Part shown: positions 47,657 through 59,989 of the stretch, piece by piece | Layout of the letters: each line of letters begins with the position of its first letter | Numbering within the stretch: the first letter of the stretch is position 1 | From: Squalus acanthias | Taxonomy: Eukaryota | NCBI GenBank assembly: GCA_030390025.1 | Contig: CM059432.1 | Location: 144,648,001-144,712,000, forward strand | Direction of reading: 5' to 3' | Length of the DNA: 64,000 bases | The notes under the pieces: model-generated | Databases searched by the model: none | Told to the model about the DNA's origin: nothing | The model's input: the letters and a program-made list of their open reading frames with translations, nothing else | Program-made: the position numbers and the translations under genes

Positions 47657-50372
47657 GTTTTTTTAATATTCGTTCCTGGGATGTGGGCATCGCTGGTAAG
47701 GCCAGCATTTATTGCCCATCCCCAATTGCCCTGGAGAAGGTGGTGAGCCGCCTTCTTGAACCGCTGCAGTCCGTGCGATGAAGGTATTCCCATAGTGCTG
47801 TTAGGGAGAGAGTTCCACGATTGTGGCCCAGCAACTATGAAGGAACGGCAATATATTTCCATGTCAGGATGGTGTGTGACTTGGAGGTGGTGGTGTTCCC
47901 ATGCGCCTGCTGCCCTTGTCCTTCTAGTTGGTAAAGGTCGTGCATTTGGGAGGTGCTGCCGAAGAAGCCTTGGCGAGTTGCTGTAGTGCATCTTGTAGAT
48001 GGTACACACTGCAGCCACGGTGCGTTGGTGATGGAGGGAGTGAATGTTTAAGGTGGTGGATGGGGTGCCAATCAAGCAGGTTGCTTTGTCCTGGATGGTG
48101 TCGAGCTTCTTGAGTGTTGTTGGAGTTGCACTCATCCAGGCAAGTGGAGAGTATTCCATCACACTCCTAACTTGTGCCTTGTAGATGGTGGAAAGACTTT
48201 GGGGAGTCAGGAGGTGAGACACTCGCCGCTGAATACCCAGCCTCTGACCTGCTCTTGTTGCCACAGTATTTATGTGGCTGGTCCAGTTAAATTTCTGGTC
48301 AATGGTGACTCCCAGGATGTTGATGGTGGTGGATTTGGCAATGGTAATGCCATTGGATGTCAAGGGGCGGTGGTTAGACTCTTGCTTATTGGAGATAGTC
48401 ATTACTTGGCACTTGCGTGGCACAAATGTTACTTGCCACTTATCAGCCCAAGCCGGAATGTCAGGTCTTGCTGCATGCAGACATGGACTGCTTCATTATC
48501 TGAGGAGTTGCGAATGGAACTGAACACTGTTCAATCATCAGCGAACATCCCCACTTCTGACCTTATAATGGGGGGGAAGGTCATTGATGAAGCAGCTGAG
48601 GATGGTTGGGCCTAGGACACTGCCCTGAGGAACTCCTGCTGCGATGTCCTGGGGCTGTGATGATTGACCTCCAACCACCACAACCATCTTCCGTTGTGCT
48701 TCGTATGACTCCAGCCATCGGAGAGTTTTCCCCAATTCCCATTGACTTCAGTTTTACTAGGGCTCCTCGATGCCACACTCGGTCAAATGCTGCCTTGATG
48801 TCAAGGGCAGTCACTCTCACCTCCCCTCTGGAATTCAGCTCTTTTGTCCATGTTTGGACCAAGACTGTAATGAGGTCGGGAGCCGAGTGGTCTTGGCGGA
48901 ACCCAAACTGGGCATCAGTGAGCAGGTTATTGGTGAGTAAGTGCCGCTTGATAGCACTGTCGACGACACCTACCATCACTTTGCTGATGATTGAGAGTAG
49001 ACTGATGGGGCCAGATTGGATTTGTCCTGCTTTTTGTGGACAGGACATACCTGGGCAATTGTCGGATAGTTGCCAGTGTTGTAGCTGTACTGGAACAGCT
49101 TTGCTAGAGACGCGGCTAGTTCTGGAGCACAAGTCTTCAGCACAACAGCCGGGATGTTGTCGGAGCCCACAGCCTTTACTGTATCCAGTGCGCTCAGCCA
49201 TTTCTTGATATCACGTGGAGTGAATCGAATTGGCTGAAGACTGGCTTCTATGATGGTGGCGACCCAGGAGGAGGCCGATATGGATCATCCACTCGGCACT
49301 TCTGGCTGAAGATGGTTGCAAACGCTTCAGCCTTGTCTTTTGCAGTCGCGTGCTGGGCTCCGCCATCATTGAGGATGGGGATATTGATGGAGCCTCTTCC
49401 TCCTGTTAGATGTTTAATTGTCCACCACCATTCACGACTGGACGTGGCAGGACTGCAGAGCTTTGATCTGATCCATTGGTTGTGGGATCGCTTAGCTCCG
49501 TCTATAGTATGCTGCTTCCGCTGTTTAGCATGCATGTAGTCCTGTGTTGCAGCTTCCCCAGGTTGCCACCTCATTTTTAGGTACGCCTGGTGCTGCTCCT
49601 GGCATGCTCTTCTGCACTCCTCATTGAACCAGGGTTTGTTGCCTGACTGGATGGTAATGGTAGATTGAGGGATATGCCGGGTTATGAGGTTGTGGTGGAA
49701 TACAATTCTGCTGCTGCTGATGGTCCACAGCGCCTCATGGATATCCAGTTTTGAGCTGCTGGATCTATTCTGAATCAATCCCATTTAGCCCGGTGGTAGT
49801 GCCACACAACACGATGGAGGGTGTCGTTAGTGTGAAGATGGGACTTTGTATCCACAAGGACTGTGCGGTGCTCACTGCTACCAATACTGTCATAGACAGA
49901 TGCATCTGCGACAGGTAGATTGGTGAGGATGAGGTCAAGTAAGTTTTTCCCTCGTGTGGGTTTTTTCACCACCTGCCGCAGGCCCAGTCTGGCAGCTATG
50001 TCCTTCAGGGCTCGGTCAGTAGTGAAGTCCCCCACCCAGAGTACGTTCTGTGCCCTTGTTACCCTCAGTGCTTCTTCCAAGTGGTGTTCAACATGGAGGA
50101 GTACTGATTCATCAGCTGAGGAAGGGCAGTAGGTGGTAATCAGGAGTTTTCCTTGCCGATGCTTGACCTGAAGCCGTGAGACTTCATGGGGTCCGGAGTC
50201 AATGTTGAGGACTCCCAAGGCCACTCCCTCCTGAATGTATTTCACTGTGCCGCCATCTCTGGTGGGTCTGTCCTGCCAGTGGGACAGGACATACCCAGGG
50301 ATGGTGATGGAGCAGTCTGGGACATTGGCTGAAAGGTATGATTTTGTGAGTATGACTATGTCAGGCTGTTGC
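47657..50372 (-). mobile_element. CR1-group LINE, ~2.7 kb (APE endonuclease and RT), frameshifted
   Basis: WVGDF, PTRGKNLLDLILTN, NKPWFNEEC, QFGFRQDHSAPD, ALDIKAAFDRVWH, GVPQGSVLGP; inserted at the tail of the preceding L2. Confidence 0.94.
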
Positions 50373-50569
50373 TTGTTGTTAAAGTGCCAACTGTCTGGTC
50401 AGCTGTGGGTGGAACATACAGTGGCAGTCCAGGAGGCCAGTAAGCTGTGCTCTAAGGATGGATTCAAATGTGGAGCTTTGCCTCATTCTCAACCCAATGT
50501 CATGCCTTCATGTAATATTACTGCACAGTCCCCACATGCACTATTCCTAAATGGTGCCAATACCAACAA

Positions 50570-50761
50570 GAAAACATTAATTTACATTCACGTAGTACTT
50601 CAGAGACAATGGATGACTTTGTTTCTGAAGTGGAGTCACCATCATTATGTAGGTAAATCAAGCGTCTTTCTTTTCCGCACAAGGTCCCACAAACAGCAAT
50701 GAGATGAATGACCAGTTAATATGATTTGGTGGTGTTGGTTGAAGGAGGAATATTGGTCAGG
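50570..50761 (-). mobile_element. Degenerate DeuSINE-like 3' fragment
   Basis: TCCCACAAACAGCAATGAGATGAATGACCAGTTAAT. Confidence 0.7.
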
Positions 50762-50763
50762 CG

Positions 50764-51157
50764 TGTCAGCCTTGGCTCAGTGGTAGCGCTCTCGCTTGAG
50801 TCAGAGGGTTGTGGGTTCAATCCCCACTGCAGAATTTGGGCACATAATCTAGGCTGATTCTTCAGTGCAGGACTGAACGAGTACTGCACTGTCAGAGGTG
50901 TTGTCTTTTATTGATGACATTAAACTGAGGCCCCATCTGCCCTCTCTGTTGGTCATTAAAAAAAGATCCCTAATGGCACTATTTGAAGAAAAGCAAGGGA
51001 ATTCTCATGGCTAACATTCATTGCTCAACCAACACCACTAAAACTGATTAACTGGTAACTCATTGTTGTTTGTGGGACCTTGCTTTATGCAAATTAGTTG
51101 CCACTTTTGCCTACTTTACAACAGTGACTACATTTAAAAAGTACTTAATTGGCTGTG
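50764..51157 (+). mobile_element. SacSINE1/DeuSINE-like SINE
   Basis: TGTCAGCCTTGGCTCAGTGGTAGC...GGGTTCAATCCC head and Deu domain. Confidence 0.88.
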
Positions 51158-54100
51158 ATTTAACATCTCAGGTGAAGGACAGCATCTCCGACTATACAGT
51201 GATCCCTCACTACTGCTGTCAGAGGCTAGAGTACCGCCAACTGAGTGACTGACACTTGAACCAGAACCCAGGAATAGACAGCATGATTGCAGCATTAAAA
51301 GAGCTACTGAGCTTGACAGTGTGAGGTAGATGAATTGACAGCCGAGATACAGTTATCAGTGCAATGTCCTTGAGTATCTGTTAGTTTATGTTAGTTCACC
51401 TTCATGCATTCAGGTTCATTATCCCTTCAAACTCACTGTTCTTGACGATGTCACCAGCAATAGCTGCCAAAAGTGAAATTTTTTCCCCTTGACAAAAATT
51501 GAAAGAGATTAAAAAATAGGAACATAGAATTAATCATGAACCTTTGCAACTTGTCTTTTGGTTTTAAAAGCATGGTAAGGCTTTTCTCTTTGTCAACCTA
51601 TCGAAAGTGGAATTTAATATTGTACAACACAGAAATTTATCGAGTGACACTAAATTAGATATCAGAATCCGAAAATTACTATCAATTCTTTTGGAAGTTC
51701 AAACTTACAGTTGTTAATTAGTAAGAAAATGTGTTTAGAATAACTTTGTGAACACAATTATTACTGTATACATATACCCCAGGTGTTGTCACTTCAGGAC
51801 TTACCAGCAAAGTATTCTCTAGTTTTTAACATTTGGAATATACGAAGAACTTTGGCTTGAAATTTGTCTGAGGCAACAGCATACAAATGCTTATAGTGGT
51901 TGTCTGAAATTCTTCTCTCCAATAAGTTAGCAAAGATGTTAAACTGTTCAAAATAAATGATTTGCGCCTCGACTGAAATAGCAGAAAGAGGAATTTCAGA
52001 TGAACACAGTCAAACACGGTAATCATGGAGTCAATCAAGCTCACCATTTCATTCTTCCACGGAGTCGGGGTTCCATTTTCACAGACATCTTCAGTTTAAG
52101 CTGAATTTCAATTTAGCATTGATCTAAATAAAACCCATCTTCAGTTTTAGTTGATGACAATTCAAAACAAGCCAGCCCTTGCCTCAGATATTAGCTGCAC
52201 ACCCTTTGAAAGCAATTTCGTTCCAGACTCTCTAAATCAGCAGTATACAGCTGCTGTGATTTATTCGTATCGCGACCTATGGAATTCTGCACTGCATTGT
52301 GTCACAATGTCACACAGCTTAGCATCACCTAATCACTACATGTCCATTAACTTTTCCCTCTGTTCTATCCCGTCAGCCTTGTTGGCAGTGTGCTCTGTGG
52401 ACTTTGGCCCTTCCACATTTGTTGCTCAATAAAAACAAATGCCACAAATACAACCAAACCAAACCGAGACTTCCCCAACTAGATGGCATGTAAACTGCGT
52501 CATTCCAGTTAAAAATCTATGTCCCACTTGTTTGAGTCATATTCACAGGTTTTAGGGAGAGGCCTCTGAAGAAGTTATCAGAGACCCAAAGTTCATGATG
52601 ATCACAGTACATACCCATTTGGTCTAAACATTTTGTTTTCATTTCCTGTATGCATTTTTGATGCTATATCAGAAATTAAAACTTGAATTTTGCATGACTA
52701 AATCTGCAATGCCAATTTTTCACCTGTGTTCATCCATTTAATGATAGCTAAGAGAATTGTTTGCCACTCTTTAAACTGCAGCATTTATGTTACACAGCAA
52801 AAACCAACAAACAGTGCCTTGTGATTTTCTTTATTTACCCATAGCAAATAGTAAAGACAGAAATGTGAATGAATCATGTTTAACCTCCACTTAAACCCTG
52901 GCTCTAAAGCATTGCATAGACCGTAACAGACAGTGAATAGAGACCCACAACAAAGCTGAGCTCTGATAATGATGGTCTCTTCCAGAGGCCTACTCGGAAA
53001 GATATGAAGAGACCTGCAGGTGCTTTGGCCACAGGCTTTTCCACAGCCGTACCACAGTAAGAAACCCCAAAGGAAATGCTAATAAAGGGTAATCAAGCTG
53101 GTAATGACGATAATCGTGAAGGACTATAAACCCTAGAATTTACAATGCCTCTTTTACTTCATTTAATAGGGTCTTGCCTGAATATTAGACAGGTGTGTTG
53201 TTTTGTAAAACTGCTAACTTGCTGTTAAAGTGAATGATTCTGCCCTTTCAGTGTTAATTTTGTTTCTTAACTAAATAGTACAAAGAGAAGGGTCATGGAT
53301 TTTGGTCAAATGCTTCATGAACCAGATTAAATTCTTTCCTTATTCACCCTTTCCCAATCGATAGCAATAGAAACTTGGAATTCCTTACCCCTGAACTCCA
53401 AGACCCAGGGTATTATCTACAACTATTAGAAGAAAGCGATCGGGGTTCTTTAAGCTATTTAAGATAACTGTGTTAGCTAAAGTATATGCTAAAATACAAA
53501 ACTAATGACGACTTCTTTAGCTGAATGTTTAATTATTGCTATTTAACATTTAATTGGTATAACTAACTGTACATCAAGAACATGTTTGTTCTCTTTTGAT
53601 GCAGTAGCACCAATTGTAAAGGTGAAATTATTTAAATGAGAATTATTTATTTTATAATGAAGAATCAAATGAATTATTTTGCAGATTAACTATCAAAAGG
53701 AGAAGATTATTTGTTGCCATTTTAAAGGAGATTAAAATAGTTTTATATTAATACAATGACCAGTAGCCCTTAGGACTGAACGGTCTGTTTAATTTAATAT
53801 TTCAAGTAAGTTCACTTGCATTTATTAGACCTTTAATGCAAGCTGGAATGGATGAATGTGTCAATTAAAATGGCAATAAAAAGAAAAATTATGCAAAATC
53901 TATGGAGAAAAACAAGGGAGAGAACTCTTGGGAGGGATGTGGGAATTTGCTAAAATTAGCTAAAATATTAGCAATGCTAAGATGATCCGAGAGATGAGTG
54001 GAGCTAAATATGCTAAACAGTTACAATTATTAGATGATTTATGTTAAGAATATTTAGGCTGCTGGTCCGGGTAACCAAACAATGTTGTGTGTTTAACTCA

Positions 54101-54356
54101 TAAAATGTAAGGTAAGATTGTGCAGCAATACACAAGCTGTGATCCCATGACAGCTCCAGACTGCTTCAAACTCTAGCGTTGGTCCTACATTGATAAACAC
54201 CAGAAATATTTCCACTTCTCTTCTTTTTTTTCCAGACTATTGCTGGAGTACTGCCTAATGTCTTGATGTTACATTCAAAGTAACAGAAAGATAAAATTAC
54301 TGACCTTAGTGGGATGCAAGAGGCCATTCAATGACCCCGGGATCCGTGTTCAGCAT

Positions 54357-55630
54357 ACTGGTGCTGGTACAATGGGCAACTGGTGCTGGTGCAATGGGCA
54401 ACTGGTACAATGGGCAACTGGTGCTGGTGCAATGGGCAACTGGTGCTGGTGCAATGGGCAACTGGTACAATGGGCAACTGGTGCTGGTACAATGGGCAAC
54501 TGGTGCTGGTGCAATGGGCAACTGGTACAATGGGCAACTGGTGCTGGTGCAATGGGCAACTGGTACAATGGGCAACTGGTGCTGGTGCAATGGGCAACTG
54601 GTACAATGGGCAACTGGTGCTGGTGCAATGGGCAACTGGTACAATGGGCAACTGGTGCTGGTGCAATGGGCAACTGGTACAATGGGCAACTGGTGCTGGT
54701 GCAATGGGCAACTGGTACAATGGGCAACTGGTGCTGGTGCAATGGGCAACTGGTACAATGGGCAACTGGTGCTGGTGCAATGGGCAACTGGTACAATGGG
54801 CAACTGGTGCTGGTGCAATGGGCAACTGGTACAATGGGCAACTGGTACAATGGGCAACTGGTACAATGGGCAACTGGTACAATGGGCAACTGGTACAATG
54901 GGCAACTGGTACAATGGGCAACTGGTACAATGGGCAACTGGTGCTGGTGCAATGGGCAACTGGTGCTGGTGCAATGGGCAACTGGTACAATGGGCAACTG
55001 GTGCTGGTACAATGGGCAACTGGTGCTGGTGCAATGGGCAACTGGTACAATGGGCAACTGGTGCTGGTGCAATGGGCAACTGGTACAATGGGCAACTGGT
55101 GCTGGTGCAATGGGCAACTGGTACAATGGGCAACTGGTGCTGGTGCAATGGGCAACTGGTACAATGGGCAGCTGGTGCTGGTACAATGGGCAACTGGTAC
55201 AATGGGCAACTGGTACAATGGGCAACTGGTGCTGGTGCAATGGGCAACTGGTGCTGGTGCAATGGGCAACTGGTACAATGGGCAACTGGTGCTGGTACAA
55301 TGGGCAGCTGGTGCTGGTACAATGGGCAACTGGTACAATGGGCAACTGGTGCTGGTGCAATGGGCAACTGGTACAATGGGCAACTGGTGTTGGTGCAATG
55401 GGCAACTGGTACAATGGGCAGCTGGTGCTGGTACAATGGGCAACTGGTACAATGGGCAGCTGGAGCTGGTACAATGGGCAACTGGTACAATGGGCAGCTG
55501 GAGCTGGTACAATGGGCAGCTGGTGCTGGTACAATGGGCAGCTGGAGCTGGTACAATGGGCAGCTGGAGCTGGTACAATGGGCAGCTGGTGCTGGTGCAA
55601 TGGGCAGCTGGTGCTGGTACAATGGGCAGT
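54357..55630. repeat. Minisatellite of mixed 16-bp (CTGGTACAATGGGCAA) and 22-bp (CTGGTGCTGGT(G/A)CAATGGGCAA) units
   Basis: Directly visible tandem array; GGGCAG and CTGGAG variants accumulate toward the right end. Confidence 0.98.
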
Positions 55631-55803
55631 TGGCCTCATTGGATTCAGTGAGGTCAGCTTACCTAATTTAGATAGGTTCCCTTTGCATTTCCTCGTGCAT
55701 GGGGAATGCGATGACTGCAGGTGGGCGGGAAATAGGGACTGCAGCTGCTCTTGAAGCCTGCTGCTGTTTGCTGATTGCTCTGCCTGACTGCTGCAGAAAA
55801 AAA

Positions 55804-56805
55804 TGAAACCTCATTGAAGAACAAGTGCCCGAACTGCCCGCTTTGAATACAGGACCTTGGGGGAAAAATTCACCTGCTTGCGCCTCCCGTTAGCGCCTTA
55901 AGAGGGCGCTAATGGGGCGTAAAGCAGCTAACGCCCGGGCGCAGCGCCGCCCACGCCTCCCGAAAAATTTAGTGGGAGGTTAGCGGCGGCGGCAGCCGGT
56001 AGCGCTGCGCCGCCGGCGATGACGTCATCGCCGTGCGCAGCGCCCCGCTCGCGCCCCGGCCGTGATCTTCAGTCGCGCCCCCTGATTTACCGCCAGACGC
56101 TATGTCCGACGGGTTCAGGGGGGCGTACGTGCGGCCGGGGCGGCGATATTTAAAGGGGAGGTGGCAGGCGGCCATTTTTGTTGCTGGCCGCCTGCCAGCA
56201 CCTGCCCCCGTTGCTGTCCCCGGCCCCCGTGAAGCCCCCCCACCGTGAAGTGCCGGCTGCGCTCCAAGAGCCCGGCACTTCTCTTGAGTGCCGGGCTCTT
56301 TTGCCGGCACTCCCGATCCCTGGAGGCCCAGCTGGGCCCCGGTTCGCGCTGCGCAAGGCCCCTCCCCTTTAAGAAGGGGAGGAAGGCCTGCAATACCGCG
56401 GCGCGACGTGCCGCAGCGCGTGGCGCTGCGGCACGTAGCGCCAGGATATTCACTCGCAGCGCCCCAAGAGGGATGCGGGGTGCTTCCAGTTGCGCCCCGC
56501 TTCCCTCTTGGGGCGCAACCACTGAAGTTCCGGCGCGGGGCCGCTAATTTTTTCGGGGCGCTAAAAGTCGCGCCCCGGCGAGGTTAGCGCCCCAAATGGG
56601 GCGCGACTCAATTTTTACCCCCTTGTGTTTTGTTGGAAGAGTTGAGGATGAGGAAGGGCAGAACCTTCCTCCCAGAGTAAACGTGTAGCACGCTCGGCGG
56701 GAGGTTGCCCAGAAAGCCAATGCTGTCTCCCATGCCAATAGATCACGGGAGCAGGTGAGAAAGAACTTCTCTAGGCCAAAGAAGAAAATACTGGCACGCT
56801 GCGTA
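55804..56805 (+). pseudogene. Degenerate Myb/SANT-like DNA-binding gene (Harbinger accessory ORF type), split by MITE A
   Basis: Removing 55859-56621 and one CTT gives SARTARFE...GQNLPPRVNV*HARREVAQKANAVSHANRSREQVRKNF, fitting the recalled MSANTD pattern (RF...W..VA..VNAVS...RS..Q.RK.F). Confidence 0.55.
55859..56621. mobile_element. MITE family A, second copy
   Basis: TIRs GGGGGAAAAATTC / CAATTTTTACCCC; 3-bp TSD CTT (55856-55858, 56622-56624); colinear with 4064-4757 plus ~70 bp extra. Confidence 0.9.
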
Positions 56806-57174
56806 GTCATTCCTTCACATACGGTGGAACGTGGGCTGGGCACTGTACTGCACTTCATGAGGTTAATCAACATGTTGCATACAAATGCTGAAAGCATACA
56901 TTGAGTCTGGTTTTAATGAAGGCTGCCCACAAGTAGAGCAAATAGCCAGACTGGTGGGGGCCCTGCCTATCTGTGCTACCTTACCCACTGCCATAGATTG
57001 TATTGGCGAGGGAGAGTTTGGTCTCTTTGTGCCATTCTAGCACAGTCACTTTCATGGTTGTCTATTCAGCTCACTCACTAACAATGCTGCCATATCTGCA
57101 GCGCAGCATTGTATTGGCCCTGTGACTGTGCGCACAGCCATTCGCTGCTCCATGACACATTTCCTTTCTCTTTG

Positions 57175-57497
57175 TATAAGGTCTTCGGACGAGACGTTAA
57201 AGTGAGGCTCCTTCTGTCCTCTCAGATGGACGCAAAAGATCTCATGGCACTATTTGAAGAAGAGCACAGAAGTTCTGGGCCAATATTTATCCCTCAACCA
57301 ACAGCATTAAAACAGATGATCAAGTCATTATCTCATTGCTGTTTGTGGGATCTTGCTGTGCGCAAATTGGCTGCTGCGTTTCTTACATTATAGCAGTGAC
57401 TACACTTCAAAAGTACTTCATTGGTTGTAAAGCACGTCGGGACGTCCTGAGGTCGTGAAAGGTGCTATAGAAATGCATGTTCTTTCTTTCTTCTTTC
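57175..57497 (+). mobile_element. DeuSINE-like SINE, 5'-truncated
   Basis: GCTGTTTGTGGGATCTTGCTGTGCGCAAATTGGCTGC and (CTTT)n tail. Confidence 0.87.
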
Positions 57498-57929
57498 TAG
57501 GTGTTTCCCAAGATGATGATATTGGCCCCTGGGGTGAGCAAGAAGCTGGCCCAGCACACAAACGACCATCAGGCACAAAGTCATCCACCTCGGAGAATCA
57601 GAGACTCGGTTAGGAGCACATGCTGAAGCACCCAGCACTACTCAGGAGGACCAAGTGGAGGGGCAGCAGAGAGGCAGCAACAAGGGGAAGGGGCGGCTAG
57701 AGCCTTTCGTTAGACTCAAGGGTTTGAACTTTATAACAGCTGCAGAGAAACAGGAACTTACTAATGGTCAGAAGTGCTTCATGCTTCATGCTCTGCAAAT
57801 TCTCAGAAATCCCTGCGTGATGCATCAGAGACTCTTCAGAAGTGAGGGTCCGACAACTGCGCAGACGACAACTCCTGCAGTCTGCCACGGAGGGAGTGCA
57901 AACGCCAGTCATCTGCAGGGGAGAACTGT

Positions 57930-58045
57930 CCTCACCTGAAACATTAAGCCCTCTGCTCTCTCCAGAGGTGCTGACTGACCCGCTGAGTGTTTCCAGCATT
58001 TTATGTTTTTGCTTCAGATTCCCAGCAACCGCGGTATTTTGATTT
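57930..58045 (+). mobile_element. Penelope-like terminal repeat fragment
   Basis: ACCTGAAACATTAA...GCTGACTGACCCGCTGAGTGTTTCCAGCATTT...CAGATTCCCAGCA parallels 5967-6072. Confidence 0.75.
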
Positions 58046-58746
58046 TTGTTCAACATTTTTGGATTGTCAAATAGGGTGCACACTGATTGCAGCTCTTGCT
58101 CAATTCAGTGATGTGCCGGAATGCAGGGCGTGCTCAGAGATCACCCAAAGGGAGTCGGCTCGATAACTCCAACAGTCAGTCAAATTGGGCACTTGGATGT
58201 TCTGCTCTGGATTCCTCATTTCACCAGTATCAACCCCTGCATTGAAGTTTGAATAACTTTCTTCCAAATCAGTCCCATTAAGTGCGTGCATCACTCCCCA
58301 CTCCCCCTGCCTCCATACCTACAGTCAATACGGTGTCAAAACTGTGAATGAAATACATCTTAAACAGGTGCATTACATCAAACTTTAACCCTCTGAATAT
58401 AGACATTCTTAGCCTTCAAAATAAGTACCTTTGTTTCATATAAGATTTGCAAACATATATTCTGCACATCTTTAATACTAAATGTTATATTTAAATATAA
58501 GTATATTTAAAAGGAAAGTGCTATGACAAAGAACATTTAATTCTGTTCTCAGAATAACCGTTGAGAATTGCCCCTTTTATGTACCGAAATACCAGATTAT
58601 ACAGTATTAAGAAGGTATAAATCGCTAAGCAGGCTACAGTTGTCCACACAGTTTTCAATAGCGATAGTGAATAAATCACATCATCTTTTGCTTCTGCACT
58701 GAGGCCAGCTTTAGTTAATACTGGACATTTAATTTCCAATTTGTAA

Positions 58747-58920
58747 GCAACAACAACTTGTATTTATATAGCGCCTTTAACATAGTAAAACGTCCCAAGG
58801 CGCTGCACAGGAGTGTTATAAGACAAAAAAAATGACACCAAACCTCATAAGGAGAAATTAGGGCAGATGACCAAAAGCTTGGTCAAAGAGGTAGGTTTTA
58901 ATGAGAGTCTTAAAGGAGGA
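58747..58920 (-). mobile_element. L2 3' tail
   Basis: Matches 9895-10065. Confidence 0.88.
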
Positions 58921-59255
58921 ATAGAAGAAAAGTAGGTGGCACCGGGCTTTCAGAAGGGAATCCACAGCAAGAGGGAAACTAAATTCAAGAAGAAAAGCAA
59001 ATATACAGTGTGCCAAGTAAGGGAACGAACTAGTCACACTGGGGATTACAGCATCTTGACATTTCAGAAATGGAAAAAAAAAATCATAAATGAAGGCAAA
59101 TGATTTAATGGCTTACAGTCAAAGAAAGCTCCATTGTTCTGGAGCCCTCTGATTTACCGATAGAGAGAATTTCAACAACAATACAAACACACACTTGTTT
59201 TGTTTGTGGATCTAAGCTGAATACCGTCTCCTGAAAGTCTGCATAAAGAACATGA

Positions 59256-59375
59256 TGCGGAGATGCCGGTGTTGGACTGGGGTGGACAAAATTGAGAGGT
59301 CGCACAACACCAGGTTATAGTCCAACAGTTTTATTTGAAATCACAAGCTTTCGGAACTATCGCTCCTTCCTCGGT
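59256..59375 (-). mobile_element. Short Penelope-type unit with degenerate hammerhead motif
   Basis: Reverse complement of the 27863-27980 unit; flanked by the duplication TAAAGAACATGA (59244-59255, 59376-59387). Confidence 0.85.
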
Positions 59376-59989
59376 TAAAGAACATGAACAGAGAAGGCTG
59401 GAAGGATACAAATTCCTTCCCAAGTCTCTGGCATTAGGCCTGTTCTCCCAAGAACCTGTGAAGTTGTTTGTCCATCAGATTAACATTATCAAACTTTGAA
59501 AATGACGGTTGCACCAATGGGACAATGTTACACCCTTTCTGTCTCGTTATCAACAGTACTTGTCTGTACTGAAAGGGACATATCAAGTCTGCTTAAATTA
59601 TATTTTTAGTCTAAACGATACTTGAATGTTAATTTGTAACAATACATTGCTTTTTACTTTGAGGTGTATGCAACCACTAAATATTTTAAGGATAACATGT
59701 TTTAATTGGAGACAAAGTTTCCATCTTTTCTTTCAGAAGGGCTCCAGAGAGTGTTTATTATAAGGTTGCCTGTTAGTTATTTAACTATAGGCAGCCACCG
59801 ACAACTTTCTTTTCAATGCTGTTCTGCATTGGTGTAAAACTGTCACGTTAATTTTAATGGACCAATGAAATTTGGATTTATTTCAAGCAAAATCTCTTCA
59901 GCCTGATAAATTTGAATCTCACGTCAACAGGCCGCCTCCCTTTTTATTGATATTAACAGGCCTAATTTCGAAGTGGTCAGATGTCACAT

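Noticed and set aside
54306..55754. Six overlapping ORFs of 416-481 aa
   Set aside because: Artefact of a stop-free tandem repeat; open in all six frames.
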